Assembly: GCA_963847625.1 (NCBI GenBank)
Contig: CAWKAR010000027.1
Span: 160,001 to 224,000, forward strand
Direction of reading: 5' to 3'
From: a candidate division FCPU426 bacterium
Lineage (GTDB): Bacteria > Oederibacteriota > Muellerivitia > Muellerivitales > Muellerivitaceae
DNA: 64,000 nt
Under the pieces are notes generated by a model. That model was not told where the DNA came from, searched no databases, and saw only the letters and a program-made list of their open reading frames with translations. This document shows, piece after piece, positions 51,257-61,660 of this stretch. Positions within the stretch are counted from its first letter, which is position 1; each line of letters begins with the position of its first letter. The translations under genes and the position numbers were made by a program.

Positions 51257-51655
51257 ATGATCGTTGGTACGGGTGTGGATTTAATTGAAATTGAACGGGT
51301 GGAACAAGCGCATGCCAGCTTCGGCTGCCGTTTCATTGACCGCCTTTTTACCCCCGCTGAAGCGGAATATTGCCTGAAGAAGAAAGATCCTTATCCATCG
51401 CTTGCCGGCCGATTTGCCGCCAAAGAAGCGGTGATCAAGGCATTCAGCCAAGGTTTCGGGGGCCGATGGAAGTGGCGACATATTGAGGTGGTTCGGGAAA
51501 AAAGCGGCAAACCCACCATCCGTTTGGAAGGCATCTTGGAAAAGCTCCGCGCGGAAAGGAAAATCAACCGGATTCATCTGTCCCTCGCCCATAGTAAAAG
51601 GGACGCGACCGCGACCGTGATTTTAGAATCCGAGCCATCGGGAGATCGAACGTGA
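51257..51655 (+). CDS. acpS: Holo-[acyl-carrier-protein] synthase
   Basis: GTGVDL, RFAAKEA..KA, SGKP, SLAH. Confidence 0.95.
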   Translation: MIVGTGVDLIEIERVEQAHASFGCRFIDRLFTPAEAEYCLKKKDPYPSLAGRFAAKEAVIKAFSQGFGGRWKWRHIEVVREKSGKPTIRLEGILEKLRAERKINRIHLSLAHSKRDATATVILESEPSGDRT

Positions 51656-53130
51656 AACGTCCAGCCAAATGGGTTCCACGCCAATTGACCGAAACCCAAT
51701 GGTTTTGGTTCCTCCTTTTCATGGGCTTGTTGACGCGGATCCCTTTATTGAGGGTGGCAAAGGCGGAAACCACTGATGGCATTCTCAGTTTGACTTATTT
51801 CTCCCCAAACTTCGTTGATACCCCGCGGTTTTGCATTCTTCCCGGATATTCCACCCTGCTTTGGATCGGCCAATTTTTAGGTTTGGATGGAATCCTGTGG
51901 GGAAGGATCGTGGCGGCGGTCGCGGGCCTTTTATTCCTGATACCCCTTTGGAAATTCGCTAAACGATGGGTTTCGACTGAAATGACGGGAGTGATCTGTC
52001 TTTTCGCGCTTTTTTCCCCTTTGCTCTGGCAATGGTCACTGAAAGTCATGGCCGATACACTGTTTTTACTGTTTTTTTGGTGGTGTCTGGAAAGATTGAC
52101 CACGGCCTCGATCGAACAAAACAATACCTCTTGGCTGACGGGCTGCCTGGCGGGAATCCTGGCGGCCCTGGTTCGGCCCGAAGGTTTTTTATTATTGCCC
52201 TGGGTCATCGTGGTCGGAAAAAAATTAGGTTTTTTCCAATGGAATAGACTTGTTCTCGTCTTCTGGCTCGGGGCTGCCTTTTTTTTGGAAAAAAGAATCC
52301 TCACGATTTTAATAGCCTACCGGGAAGGATTGGGACTCACGAACGGTCCGGACCGGGTCCTTTTCCCGTTCATCAATTTTATCGAACATATCTACGCCTA
52401 CTTAACCCAGCCGTTTTTCGTATTTACCCCCCTTCTTTATTTGTTCGCCATCCTTGGAACGGCGAAAATGGTTCTCCGGCATGATCCGACAGGCCACAGT
52501 TTCAAACGAATCGTGCTTCAGGTTTATTTCCTGCTTTTGGTTTCAAGACTGGTTCCAACGACCTACCAGGACCGGCATATGCTTCCCTTCTTGCCGATCA
52601 TTCTCATCGCGGCCGGCTATCATCTGGAGACTTTTTTGGAGCAATGGCACGGTCAAAGCTCGGCCCTAAAAAAAACGCTTTGGAAAAATGGTTTGGTCAG
52701 TCTTTGCCTCTGCTACAGTGCCCTCTATTCATCCGCGGTTTTGATCGGCCAAAACGATTCTTTTGGGGACCTAAAACGTTCGGCGGAATTCCTGAAAACC
52801 CTGCCTCCAGGGGCCGTGATCTACTCGGATGAAATCCCAAAAACCCAATATTGGTCGGGGCGTTCCCTGCGGTATTTAACATTGCCTTTTAAGCCGCAAT
52901 CCGGGGATTACCTTGCGCTACACAGTTTTTATACCCAGCGGTTGGGGTTTATCGATGAAAGTTTAAAGAGCCGGCATGGGGCGGGCCTGCTCCATACAGA
53001 TCACAGCATGGTCGTTCCTTTGCTATCGGACTTGATGGAGGATCCGAGCATGCAAAACCGAACCGTTTCAACGGCCTATAGATTCCAACCGCAATTTTTC
53101 CAAAGTTTGGTTTACAAGATCGCCAAGTAA
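51652..53130 (+). CDS. GT-C (ArnT/PMT-like) membrane glycosyltransferase
   Basis: Multi-TM, PGY, LVRPEG, DRHMLP motifs. Confidence 0.7.
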   Translation: MKRPAKWVPRQLTETQWFWFLLFMGLLTRIPLLRVAKAETTDGILSLTYFSPNFVDTPRFCILPGYSTLLWIGQFLGLDGILWGRIVAAVAGLLFLIPLWKFAKRWVSTEMTGVICLFALFSPLLWQWSLKVMADTLFLLFFWWCLERLTTASIEQNNTSWLTGCLAGILAALVRPEGFLLLPWVIVVGKKLGFFQWNRLVLVFWLGAAFFLEKRILTILIAYREGLGLTNGPDRVLFPFINFIEHIYAYLTQPFFVFTPLLYLFAILGTAKMVLRHDPTGHSFKRIVLQVYFLLLVSRLVPTTYQDRHMLPFLPIILIAAGYHLETFLEQWHGQSSALKKTLWKNGLVSLCLCYSALYSSAVLIGQNDSFGDLKRSAEFLKTLPPGAVIYSDEIPKTQYWSGRSLRYLTLPFKPQSGDYLALHSFYTQRLGFIDESLKSRHGAGLLHTDHSMVVPLLSDLMEDPSMQNRTVSTAYRFQPQFFQSLVYKIAK

Positions 53131-53142
53131 AAGGAGTAATCC

Positions 53143-54795
53143 ATGAAACTGGCCACAAGCCAAGACATGAAAAAAATCGATGAAATGGCTGTAAAGGAAT
53201 TTTCCGTGACCGTCGGAAAATTTATGGAATCCGCCGGACAAGCCGTGGTGGATGCCATGGAAAGTAAGTTTGGAATTCTTTCCCATAAGACGGTGGGAGT
53301 GCTTTGCGGCCCAGGCCATAACGGCGGCGACGGACTCGTGGTTGCCCGTCTTCTTAAGGAGAATAAATCCAGCGTCGTGGCCGTCGTGGTGGGCGACCCG
53401 GAGGATATGGCGGAAGAAACTCTCAAGCAATTCCAAAAGGCCAAGACCGTCAAGGTGCCAATTCTGTTTTTAAAGGGCTCGGAAGGGTTAAAGTCAGTCC
53501 AAGTGGCCTTGGAGGAATGCGACCTTCTGGTGGACTCCCTTTTCGGGACCGGACTTTCGCGCCCGGTGGAAGGTCTCTTCCGGGAATTGATCCGGGCGGT
53601 CAAGACGTTAGCAAAACCGATCGTCGCGGTCGATGTGCCTTCGGGGTTTTCCTCCGATGCGGGTGTGCCCCTGGGCGAGGCTTTGACCGCCCAACTCACG
53701 GTTACTTTTGGACTCTCCAAAATAGGTTTTTATTCCCCGACCGCTCCGGCTTTTTTGGGGGAATGGAAAGTGGATAAAATCGGGTTCCCGGAGCAGCTTT
53801 TAAACGCCCCATTTTTAAAACATGAAATTACTGAGCCGGAGATGGTCCGTAAATGTCTTCCTTCCTACGATGATTACACCCACAAAGGAACACGAGGCCG
53901 GGTCTTGATCGTGGCCGGGGCCACGGGTCTCACCGGGGCCGCCACCCTTTGCGCCCTCGGAGCGCAACGGATCGGCACCGGATTGGTGACGGTGGCTTGC
54001 CCCGAAAGCTTGAATTCCATTTTGGAAGCCAAATTGACGGAACCCATGACCGCGCCGGTCCCCGAAGTGGAAGGCGGTTTTTTTTCCTTGAAGGCAGCCG
54101 GCCGGATCATCCACTTGGCCACGAATGTCAATTCGGTGGTGATCGGTCCTGGAATAGGCCGGCACCGGGAAACCGGACAATTACTGAGGGAACTTTTGAC
54201 CAAACTTACCTTGCCTATGGTTGTGGACGCCGATGCCCTCAATCTCTTGGGGGGACAGTTAGACATATTCAAGGCCGTTAAGGCTCCCGTCCTTCTGACA
54301 CCCCATCCCGGGGAGGCGGCCTGGCTTTTAAAAACTACCATTAACGATGTCGAACAAAACCGCGTTAAAGTTGCGAAGCAAATAGCCCAGGGCTATAATG
54401 TCGTCGTTATTTTAAAGGGACACCACACCGTCATTGCCAATCCCAAGGGAGAGGTCCGGATTAACCCCACCGGGGGACGGGCCTTGGCAACCGCCGGCAC
54501 TGGTGATGTCCTATCCGGTATCCTTGGCGGTTTGTTAGCCCAGCGTATACCTCTTTTTGAGGCGGCTACAGCCGGTGTTTACCTTCACGGGATGGCTGGC
54601 GACAAGGCAAGCAAGCGGATGGGGCCGGATGGGGTTTTGGCCGGTGATTTATTGCCTCTTCTTCCAAAAGTATTGCGATTAGTGAGAGAAAATAAAAGGG
54701 AGCCCCTATGGCCGTCTCAAACGAACTCCAAGCCCATTGGGAGGCGTTCCTCAAAGTCGCCCAAGTCCGTGAACCGCGCCTCTACGAACATTTAA
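53143..54795 (+). CDS. nnr: Bifunctional NAD(P)H-hydrate epimerase/dehydratase
   Basis: CGPGHNGGDG, DSLFGTG, DVPSG, HKG.RG, DADAL, TPHPGE, GTGDVL. Confidence 0.95.
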   Translation: MKLATSQDMKKIDEMAVKEFSVTVGKFMESAGQAVVDAMESKFGILSHKTVGVLCGPGHNGGDGLVVARLLKENKSSVVAVVVGDPEDMAEETLKQFQKAKTVKVPILFLKGSEGLKSVQVALEECDLLVDSLFGTGLSRPVEGLFRELIRAVKTLAKPIVAVDVPSGFSSDAGVPLGEALTAQLTVTFGLSKIGFYSPTAPAFLGEWKVDKIGFPEQLLNAPFLKHEITEPEMVRKCLPSYDDYTHKGTRGRVLIVAGATGLTGAATLCALGAQRIGTGLVTVACPESLNSILEAKLTEPMTAPVPEVEGGFFSLKAAGRIIHLATNVNSVVIGPGIGRHRETGQLLRELLTKLTLPMVVDADALNLLGGQLDIFKAVKAPVLLTPHPGEAAWLLKTTINDVEQNRVKVAKQIAQGYNVVVILKGHHTVIANPKGEVRINPTGGRALATAGTGDVLSGILGGLLAQRIPLFEAATAGVYLHGMAGDKASKRMGPDGVLAGDLLPLLPKVLRLVRENKREPLWPSQTNSKPIGRRSSKSPKSVNRASTNI

Positions 54796-55391
54796 AACTT
54801 GCCCGACCCAAGGAATTGACCAAATACAACTTGGTTGTTCTAGCGAAAACACCGGAAGAACTTAAGGAAATGGAGGTTGGTTTAAAGGTTTATCATGATA
54901 AGATAACCGAGTTTGTTCCTTTGGTTTTTGGCGATAATCGGGGCATCAAAACTGAATTAGCCAAGGAAGAGGAATGGCAGTTATTCGCCCCTGAAGACAC
55001 TGCCCAGGAGGTTTCTCAGAAGAAACCGTTGGCGCCGGTAGTGTCCACCCCTCCACCGGTGGATCAAAATGAGCTGTTAAAGGTCTTGGAAACTTCCATC
55101 CGGCAAAAAATTGAGGCGGAAGTCAGGGCTTCTCTTGCCGAGGAAAAGGAAAGCCCGGAAAAGCAGAAAGAACTCCTTCAGAAATTGAAGGAAGAACTTG
55201 AGGAAGAAGAGGAAAACCGCCAGTTAGCGATTCGAATGGCCCTGATAGCCGAAGGGGACAAGATCCTCACCCAACTCGTTATGATTTGGCAGCAAGCCAA
55301 GCAAAACGGGGATGGCGGTCTTCAGTGGAACGAGGTCAAGCAACGCTTGTTGGAACTTCTGGACGCCACAGTCCAGCTGACACATTCGTAA
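54708..55391 (+). CDS. Hypothetical protein with coiled-coil C-terminus
   Basis: AAGGGAG RBS; 227 aa; overlaps nnr 3' end. Confidence 0.6.
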   Translation: MAVSNELQAHWEAFLKVAQVREPRLYEHLKLARPKELTKYNLVVLAKTPEELKEMEVGLKVYHDKITEFVPLVFGDNRGIKTELAKEEEWQLFAPEDTAQEVSQKKPLAPVVSTPPPVDQNELLKVLETSIRQKIEAEVRASLAEEKESPEKQKELLQKLKEELEEEEENRQLAIRMALIAEGDKILTQLVMIWQQAKQNGDGGLQWNEVKQRLLELLDATVQLTHS

Positions 55392-55415
55392 TTTGAAAAA
55401 AAGGATGGAGGAAAA

Positions 55416-56015
55416 ATGATCAACCAAACCGTGGATTCCGCCTGGGGATATTTGGCCCTTTCTTTCATAACTTGGACCGTGACTTTTGCTGTCCTTGTTT
55501 TCGGTTTCATGCTTCGGCGAAGGATTCTTTTATGGGACGACCAATGGAAGGAAAAGCTGGAGGAAACCGGTGTGTCGATTAAGGAGTTTGCGGAAGACCT
55601 GGAAATAACACATGAAAAAATCCGTTATACTTTCCGCTTGCTGGGTTTTTTCCTGATCGTCATTGTGGCTCTGATGGCTTTGGTCGTTTATTTGGCCATG
55701 ATCCAGAAGCCCGTATTGGGCTTTCCTCAAGTCTTGAATGGCATTTGGATTTTGGTTTTGGTGGCTCTCTCCGTGGTCATTCCGGCTTTCGTCAATTTTG
55801 CAGTTGGGACCTATTTATCCGAGACCATGTTGTTAAAGACGAATGGGTTCGTGTACCGCGAGGTCCGGGAAGAAATTTTGCAGAAGAAAGCCAAGTTGAA
55901 GATCATGGAAAAAGCCAAGCAATTGAGAGCCCAACGGGAAGCCCTTCGAACGTCTTCACCGGCCCCGCCCGTTTCAAGCCCCGGGACGAAGGCCCCCACA
56001 CCCGCGGCAAAATAA
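55416..56015 (+). CDS. Hypothetical membrane protein (3 TM)
   Basis: GGAGG RBS; three hydrophobic segments. Confidence 0.65.
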   Translation: MINQTVDSAWGYLALSFITWTVTFAVLVFGFMLRRRILLWDDQWKEKLEETGVSIKEFAEDLEITHEKIRYTFRLLGFFLIVIVALMALVVYLAMIQKPVLGFPQVLNGIWILVLVALSVVIPAFVNFAVGTYLSETMLLKTNGFVYREVREEILQKKAKLKIMEKAKQLRAQREALRTSSPAPPVSSPGTKAPTPAAK

Positions 56016-56093
56016 TCGCCTCGCTAAAAATTTTCAGCCTCACCGGTTGTCTCCGGTTTGGTTTTACAGTCATACCGTCCAAAGGGATTCATC

Positions 56094-56453
56094 ATGTTTA
56101 AAAAATTATTTTTAATATTCTTTTTCATGATCGGCTTAACGGGTTGCGCGTCCGTGGGAATCGTGGATTCCAGCCTACAGCTGGAAATAACACCCAGCCC
56201 GGTCGAGAGGGGAAAGCCGGCTTTGGCCGAGATTAACGCTCCCATGGAAGCGGAAAAAGTCACCGGTACGGTCCGGGTTTTTGGAAGTCCGCAACTATTG
56301 TTCAGGAAAAACGAGGAAAAAAACATTTGGTATTTTTATGGGACCATTCCCTTTTCCCCCTGGGTCAAGCCGGGCACTTATCAAGTGAGGGTAGTCGTTT
56401 ATTTGCCGAAAGGAAGCCCCCATTACACTGAAATGAAAGTCGAACTTAAATGA
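56094..56453 (+). CDS. Small lipoprotein, Ig-like beta-sandwich likely
   Basis: LTGC lipobox, PGTYQVRV. Confidence 0.65.
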   Translation: MFKKLFLIFFFMIGLTGCASVGIVDSSLQLEITPSPVERGKPALAEINAPMEAEKVTGTVRVFGSPQLLFRKNEEKNIWYFYGTIPFSPWVKPGTYQVRVVVYLPKGSPHYTEMKVELK

Positions 56454-57313
56454 GGGAAACCGAATCCGTCTCCGTCATCATTCCCGCCTATAACGAGGAG
56501 GGGGCGGTAGCAGGTGTGGTCCAATCGGTTCGGTCCCAACTGAAAAAAGCGAAGGTGAAATTCGAGATCCTGGTAGTAGACGACGGAAGCCGCGACCGGA
56601 CATTCCAGGAAGCCAAAAAGTCCGGAGCCAGTGTGATTTCCATGGGCGAAAATCGCGGTTACGGGGCATCCCTCAAGGCGGGGATGAGACAGGCCCGCCA
56701 CAACTTGATCGCCATTTTGGACGCGGACGGAACCTATCCCACAGAAGAACTGCCGAATCTCATCCAGATGGCACAAACGGCCGATATGACCGTCGGGGCC
56801 AGGATCAAACCCTTTACCGCGATCCCGCCTCTGCGGCGGTTTCCGAAATGGGTCCTGGGGAAATGGGCCAATTACCTGGCTGAAAGGAAAATCCCCGATT
56901 TGAACTCGGGATTAAGGGTTTTTCGTAAAAATATAGCCGCCCGGTACGAAGGCCTTTTCCCGAACGGTTTTTCCTTCACCACCACCCTGACCCTGGCCTT
57001 GGAATGCCATGGATATATCGTCAAATACCATCCCATCACCTATCACGAAAGGATCGGGGCTTCCAAAATTAGGCCTTTTCAGGACACCCTTAACTTCTTT
57101 TCCCTGGTTTTAAGGGTGGTCATGTATTTCAAGCCCTTGAAGATTTTCATCCCTCTGAGCGCTATGATTCTACTAAGCGGTGTCGTCATCGGAATTTTAT
57201 CCTACTCCCGTGTCCAGGCCGTTAACGGCATGTCCTTGTTTTTATTGGTGGCCGGACTCCAAATCGCCGCTTTAGGACTCTTGGCCGACCTGTTGGTAAA
57301 GAGGGGAAGATAA
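56450..57313 (+). CDS. GT2 glycosyltransferase (DPM1-like)
   Basis: IIPAYNEE, VDDGS.D, DADGTY, DLNSG.R; two C-terminal TM helices. Confidence 0.92.
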   Translation: MRETESVSVIIPAYNEEGAVAGVVQSVRSQLKKAKVKFEILVVDDGSRDRTFQEAKKSGASVISMGENRGYGASLKAGMRQARHNLIAILDADGTYPTEELPNLIQMAQTADMTVGARIKPFTAIPPLRRFPKWVLGKWANYLAERKIPDLNSGLRVFRKNIAARYEGLFPNGFSFTTTLTLALECHGYIVKYHPITYHERIGASKIRPFQDTLNFFSLVLRVVMYFKPLKIFIPLSAMILLSGVVIGILSYSRVQAVNGMSLFLLVAGLQIAALGLLADLLVKRGR

Positions 57314-57317
57314 TCCG

Positions 57318-58736
57318 ATGAAGGTATTGCTGGTCAACCCACCCAGTGAAAATATGATCACCACCAATATCCCATCGGTGGTGGACGAAGAGAGGGGTTT
57401 CAACCCGCCTTTAGGACTTCTTTACGTGGCGGGATACGCCAAGACCCATACCCAACATGAAATACTCGTCCTGGATTGCCAAGTCGAGGAAATTTCCCAG
57501 GATGAAGTGGAAGACCGAATCCGCGAAATCCATCCTGACGTTGTCGGCATTCAAACCCTCACCTTTACGGTCATCGACGCGCGCATGGTCGCGAAAGCCG
57601 CCAAAAGGGCAAATCCCCTGTGCAAGGTGGTCATGGGCGGACCCCACGTGCATATTTTCGCCCGTGAAACTCTCGCCATGCCGGAAGTGGATTTCGCGGT
57701 CAAGGGGGAAGGAGAATTGGCGTTCACCCAGCTTCTCTCTGCCTTGGAAGGCGGCATCGCTTTCGACCAGGTATTTGGGTTGGCATACCGCGATCCCTCC
57801 ACGGGACAAATCAAGGATAATCCACCGGCCCCTCCCATCGAGGACTTGGACCAGTTGCCCCATCCGGCCAGGGAATTGACCCCCATCCACAAGTATTATT
57901 CCATTCTCGCCAAACACAATCCCATCACCACCATGTTCACGAGCCGGGGGTGCCCCTATCGGTGCCTTTTTTGCGACCGCCCCACCATGGGCCGCCGGTT
58001 CCGCAGCCACTCGGCGACGGCCGTGGTCGATGAGATGACAGCGTGCGTGAAGATGGGGATCCGGGAATTTTTCATTTATGACGACACTTTCAACGTGAAC
58101 CGCAAGAGGGTTTTCGATATATGCGGGGAAATCAAGCGGCGAAAAATGGAGATTACCTTCGACATCCGGGCCCGGGCGGACCGGATGGACGAGGAAATGC
58201 TCAAAGAACTAGCCTCAGCCGGCTGCGATCGCATCCACTATGGAGTAGAGTCTGGCAACGAGGAAGTTTTGGAGACCCTCTTGAAGGATTTGAACCTGGA
58301 TCAAGTCCGGGAGGTGTTTAAAGCCACTCGAAAACACGGCATGAAAACCCTGGCTTATTTCATGATCGGCAACCCGGGTGAAACGCGAGCCATGGCCCAT
58401 AAAACAATCGAGTTCGCGAAGGAATTGGATCCTGATTTCGTCCATTTTTCCGTTTTAACCCCGTTTCCGGCCACCGCCATTTATTACAAGGCTTTGGAAG
58501 AAGGCCGTTACGACCATGATTATTGGGCGGAGTTTGCCAAGAATCCTAGCCTCGATTTTAAACCCCGCTTATGGGAAGAATTCATGACCCGCGAGGAATT
58601 GATTGGTTTGCTGAAGGAGGCCTATAAGTCTTTTTACCTTAGGCCGAAAATTTTCATGAAAAATATGGTTCGCACTCATTCCGCGCTCGATCTTTTTCGA
58701 AAAGCCCGTGTGGGATTGAAAATGCTTCGGATATAA
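57318..58736 (+). CDS. Cobalamin-binding radical SAM protein
   Basis: PPLGL.Y, GGPH, GEGE, SRGCPYRCLFC. Confidence 0.93.
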   Translation: MKVLLVNPPSENMITTNIPSVVDEERGFNPPLGLLYVAGYAKTHTQHEILVLDCQVEEISQDEVEDRIREIHPDVVGIQTLTFTVIDARMVAKAAKRANPLCKVVMGGPHVHIFARETLAMPEVDFAVKGEGELAFTQLLSALEGGIAFDQVFGLAYRDPSTGQIKDNPPAPPIEDLDQLPHPARELTPIHKYYSILAKHNPITTMFTSRGCPYRCLFCDRPTMGRRFRSHSATAVVDEMTACVKMGIREFFIYDDTFNVNRKRVFDICGEIKRRKMEITFDIRARADRMDEEMLKELASAGCDRIHYGVESGNEEVLETLLKDLNLDQVREVFKATRKHGMKTLAYFMIGNPGETRAMAHKTIEFAKELDPDFVHFSVLTPFPATAIYYKALEEGRYDHDYWAEFAKNPSLDFKPRLWEEFMTREELIGLLKEAYKSFYLRPKIFMKNMVRTHSALDLFRKARVGLKMLRI

Positions 58737-58833
58737 TCTCCTCCAACGTCTAGGCCCGACTCTACGTGCTTTTGATATGGCATCCGAGATCGGGTTTTCC
58801 GCTTTACCGGGGAAAAATACCCGAATATCGATT

Positions 58834-59885
58834 GCTGAATTCAACCAGTAAGTGCAACACCTTGACTAAAGACCTGCTCCGGCGTTTTGAAACGAAGGCA
58901 CTTGCGAGGACGATGGTTTAGGATCCGTTCCACGCGTCGTACATTCGCTGGGGTTATAGTAGCAAAATCCGTTTTCTTGGGATAGAAGCGACGAACAAGA
59001 CCTGCAGTATTTTCAACACAACCTTTCTCCCAACTGTGGAAGGGCAAACAAAAGAATGAACGAGTGCCTGAAACACGATTCACCTGGAGATGTTCGACGT
59101 TTTCGGAGCCATTGTCGTATGTGATGGTACGGCGGAGGCCTTTTGAAATCCGAACCAACCGACGGTTGATTGCGGCTCTAGTGTGGAAAGCTGATTTTTG
59201 AGGTAGCCAAGCCAGTTTCACCAGACGACTTTTGCGCTCGACCATAACCAGAAGTGAGGGTTTGCTTTTCCGGGAGATGATGGTGTCGGCCTCCCAGTGC
59301 CCGAATTGCTGTCTTGTTTCAACGATAGCTGGTCGTTGGGTAATGGGAGTACGTTGAGGAATATGGCTTTTGCGATGTTTTTGAGTGTGCCAACGTCGCA
59401 AACGTTTTCGATGGGCCCGGGCTAGATGAGGAATGAGGTTTCGAGCTTCGCAGTAGATGAATTGATAGATGGCTTCATGGGAAACGGAAAGTTTTGGTTT
59501 CTCCCGGCGAAGAAAACCGGCAATTTGCTCGGGCGAGAGTCCACGAGGTATTTCTCGCAGTACTAAACGGCGAATCTCAGGATTTTTAAGCCTTAAATGA
59601 GTACGTGAAAGACGGTTTCGGTGTTCTGCACGCATGTGAGCTCTGGCGGGCAGGTAGCGGCAAGATCGTATAGGAGGGGCGTTGCGCTTCAGTTCTCGGG
59701 AAATGCTGGATACATCACGGCCCAGACGGCGTGCGATTTCCCGAAGGGAGAGGCCTTCAGCATTCCAAACTGAAATTTCTTCACGTTCGGCTAACGACAG
59801 ATGCTTGTAGGATGATTTCATAGCACTTAGGATAACCCCCGGGTTCTGCCGGGTCTAAGTGTTGCACTTCGTTATTGAACTGGGG
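58834..59885 (-). mobile_element. IS30-family insertion sequence, copy 2
   Basis: Near-identical reverse copy of 29709-30760; ATT target duplication. Confidence 0.94.
58841..59821 (-). CDS. IS30-family transposase
   Basis: Same protein as 29773-30753 except SRRY vs SCRY. Confidence 0.95.
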   Translation of the reverse strand: MKSSYKHLSLAEREEISVWNAEGLSLREIARRLGRDVSSISRELKRNAPPIRSCRYLPARAHMRAEHRNRLSRTHLRLKNPEIRRLVLREIPRGLSPEQIAGFLRREKPKLSVSHEAIYQFIYCEARNLIPHLARAHRKRLRRWHTQKHRKSHIPQRTPITQRPAIVETRQQFGHWEADTIISRKSKPSLLVMVERKSRLVKLAWLPQKSAFHTRAAINRRLVRISKGLRRTITYDNGSENVEHLQVNRVSGTRSFFCLPFHSWEKGCVENTAGLVRRFYPKKTDFATITPANVRRVERILNHRPRKCLRFKTPEQVFSQGVALTG

Positions 59886-59911
59886 ATTGTGAAAAAGGAA
59901 TTCATTTCTCT

Positions 59912-60877
59912 ATGAGACGCTATATACCCGTCATTTTTGGCTTTCTTTTATTCGCTGGGGTCTTGTTCTTTGGCAAGATCAACCTGGCCGACACAATGGT
60001 TTATTTGAAGAAGGCCGATTGGACTTATCTGGCCCTGGCGCTGTTAGGCTTTCTCGTCATGGTTTATATCAAGGGAATTCGTTGGAGCTTTCTTTTGCGG
60101 ATGCAGTCGGCGCGATATCCAGTCTGGAATTGTTTCCTGATCTACATGTCGACATTATTTTGGGGAAACTTTACCCCGGGCCGCGCGGGAGATTTTTTCA
60201 AGGTTTTTTACCTCAAGGAGGACCTAAAATTTTCCACGGGAACCGGCATGGCGAGCGTCCTGGTGGACCGGGTGTTCGATTTATACCTTCTCCTGGTTCT
60301 GGGCGGACTGGGAATCCTTGTTTATCCCATGCCGTCGGACACCACCTCACTCAAGATGATATTGGCCGTAAAAGTCCTTTTCGGGGTTTTGATCGTCATC
60401 ACGCTTTTGGCTTTCAACAGGAAGATCGGCGAGGTTTTTTTGAAAGCGGCTTTCCAACGCCTCCTGAAACAAGAGCACAGGGACAAGACGGATAAGCTTT
60501 TTGAAGATTTTCACGAAGCCATGGCCTCCTTTTATAAACCCGCCATCCTGGTGCCGATTCTTCTTTCGCTGGTCTCCTACGCTTCTTTCTTTTGCGGTTG
60601 TTATATGATCGCCCTATCCATCGGAATACCGGTCAACCTCTTTTACCTTTCCTTCTGCGTCTCCGTGGTGAATATCGTGTCCCTCTTGACCTTTTTGGGC
60701 ATGGGGACAAGGGAAGCGGCTTTGATCTTTCTCTTCGCCTTGGTGTCCATCACCAAGGACCAAGCCCTGGCTTATTCACTTCTACTTTTATTTGTGGGAA
60801 ATATTCTTTTCAATCTCTTGGGTTTGGTTTGTTTTTATCTGAAGCCCATCCGGTTAAAGGGGCTTTCCCTCTCCTAA
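59912..60877 (+). CDS. Lysylphosphatidylglycerol-synthase TM / flippase-like protein (UPF0104)
   Basis: RW..LL, TPGRAGD, DRVFD, G.GTRE. Confidence 0.85.
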   Translation: MRRYIPVIFGFLLFAGVLFFGKINLADTMVYLKKADWTYLALALLGFLVMVYIKGIRWSFLLRMQSARYPVWNCFLIYMSTLFWGNFTPGRAGDFFKVFYLKEDLKFSTGTGMASVLVDRVFDLYLLLVLGGLGILVYPMPSDTTSLKMILAVKVLFGVLIVITLLAFNRKIGEVFLKAAFQRLLKQEHRDKTDKLFEDFHEAMASFYKPAILVPILLSLVSYASFFCGCYMIALSIGIPVNLFYLSFCVSVVNIVSLLTFLGMGTREAALIFLFALVSITKDQALAYSLLLLFVGNILFNLLGLVCFYLKPIRLKGLSLS

Positions 60878-60898
60878 TTCGGGCGCTAGACTGGACAG

Positions 60899-61660
60899 AT
60901 GGCAAAAACCATATGTATCACTAACCAAAAGGGCGGGGTCGGGAAAACCACCACGGCCGTTAACTTGGCCGCCTGCCTGGCCGCCCTCGAAAGAAAAACT
61001 TTGCTCGTGGACATGGACCCCCAAGGTAATTCCACCAGCGGGGTGGGCCTGCAGAAAAACGAGTATGAAACCAACATTTATCAAGTACTGATGGGTGAGG
61101 CGGATATTCTGGCGACGGTTAAGCCCACGGAATTAAAAAAGCTTTTTTGCCTTCCTTCCAACGGCCACTTGATCGGGGCGGAAGTCGAGCTCGTGAACAT
61201 GGAGGAGAGGGAAACGCGGTTAAAAAAGGCCCTGGCCGAAGTCCAAGACCAGTTCGAATTTATTTTAATCGATTGTCCGCCATCTCTCGGTTTTTTGACC
61301 CTCAACGCTTTGACCGCGGCCCAGTCGGTCTTGATCCCCATCCAAAGCGAGTATTACGCCCTGGAGGGATTGAGTTCCCTCATGGAAACCGTGGAGCGCG
61401 TGAGGGAAAGCTTGAACCCCAAACTGGAAATCGAAGGAGCGCTTTTGACCATGGTTGACACCCGGACCCGCCTTTCCTCCCAGGTTTCCGAGGAGGTGCG
61501 AAAGTTTTTCGGGAAAAAGGTGTACAATACGACCATTCCCCGGAATGTCCAACTCTCCGAGTCGCCTTCGTTTGGGAAACCGATTATTCTTTACGATATC
61601 CGCTGCAGTGGTGCCCAAGCCTATCTAAATCTCACCAAGGAGATCGTCCGCAATGGCTAA
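60899..61660 (+). CDS. parA: Chromosome partitioning ATPase ParA/Soj
   Basis: NQKGGVGKTTT, DMDPQGN, DCPPSLG, EYYALEG. Confidence 0.96.
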   Translation: MAKTICITNQKGGVGKTTTAVNLAACLAALERKTLLVDMDPQGNSTSGVGLQKNEYETNIYQVLMGEADILATVKPTELKKLFCLPSNGHLIGAEVELVNMEERETRLKKALAEVQDQFEFILIDCPPSLGFLTLNALTAAQSVLIPIQSEYYALEGLSSLMETVERVRESLNPKLEIEGALLTMVDTRTRLSSQVSEEVRKFFGKKVYNTTIPRNVQLSESPSFGKPIILYDIRCSGAQAYLNLTKEIVRNG

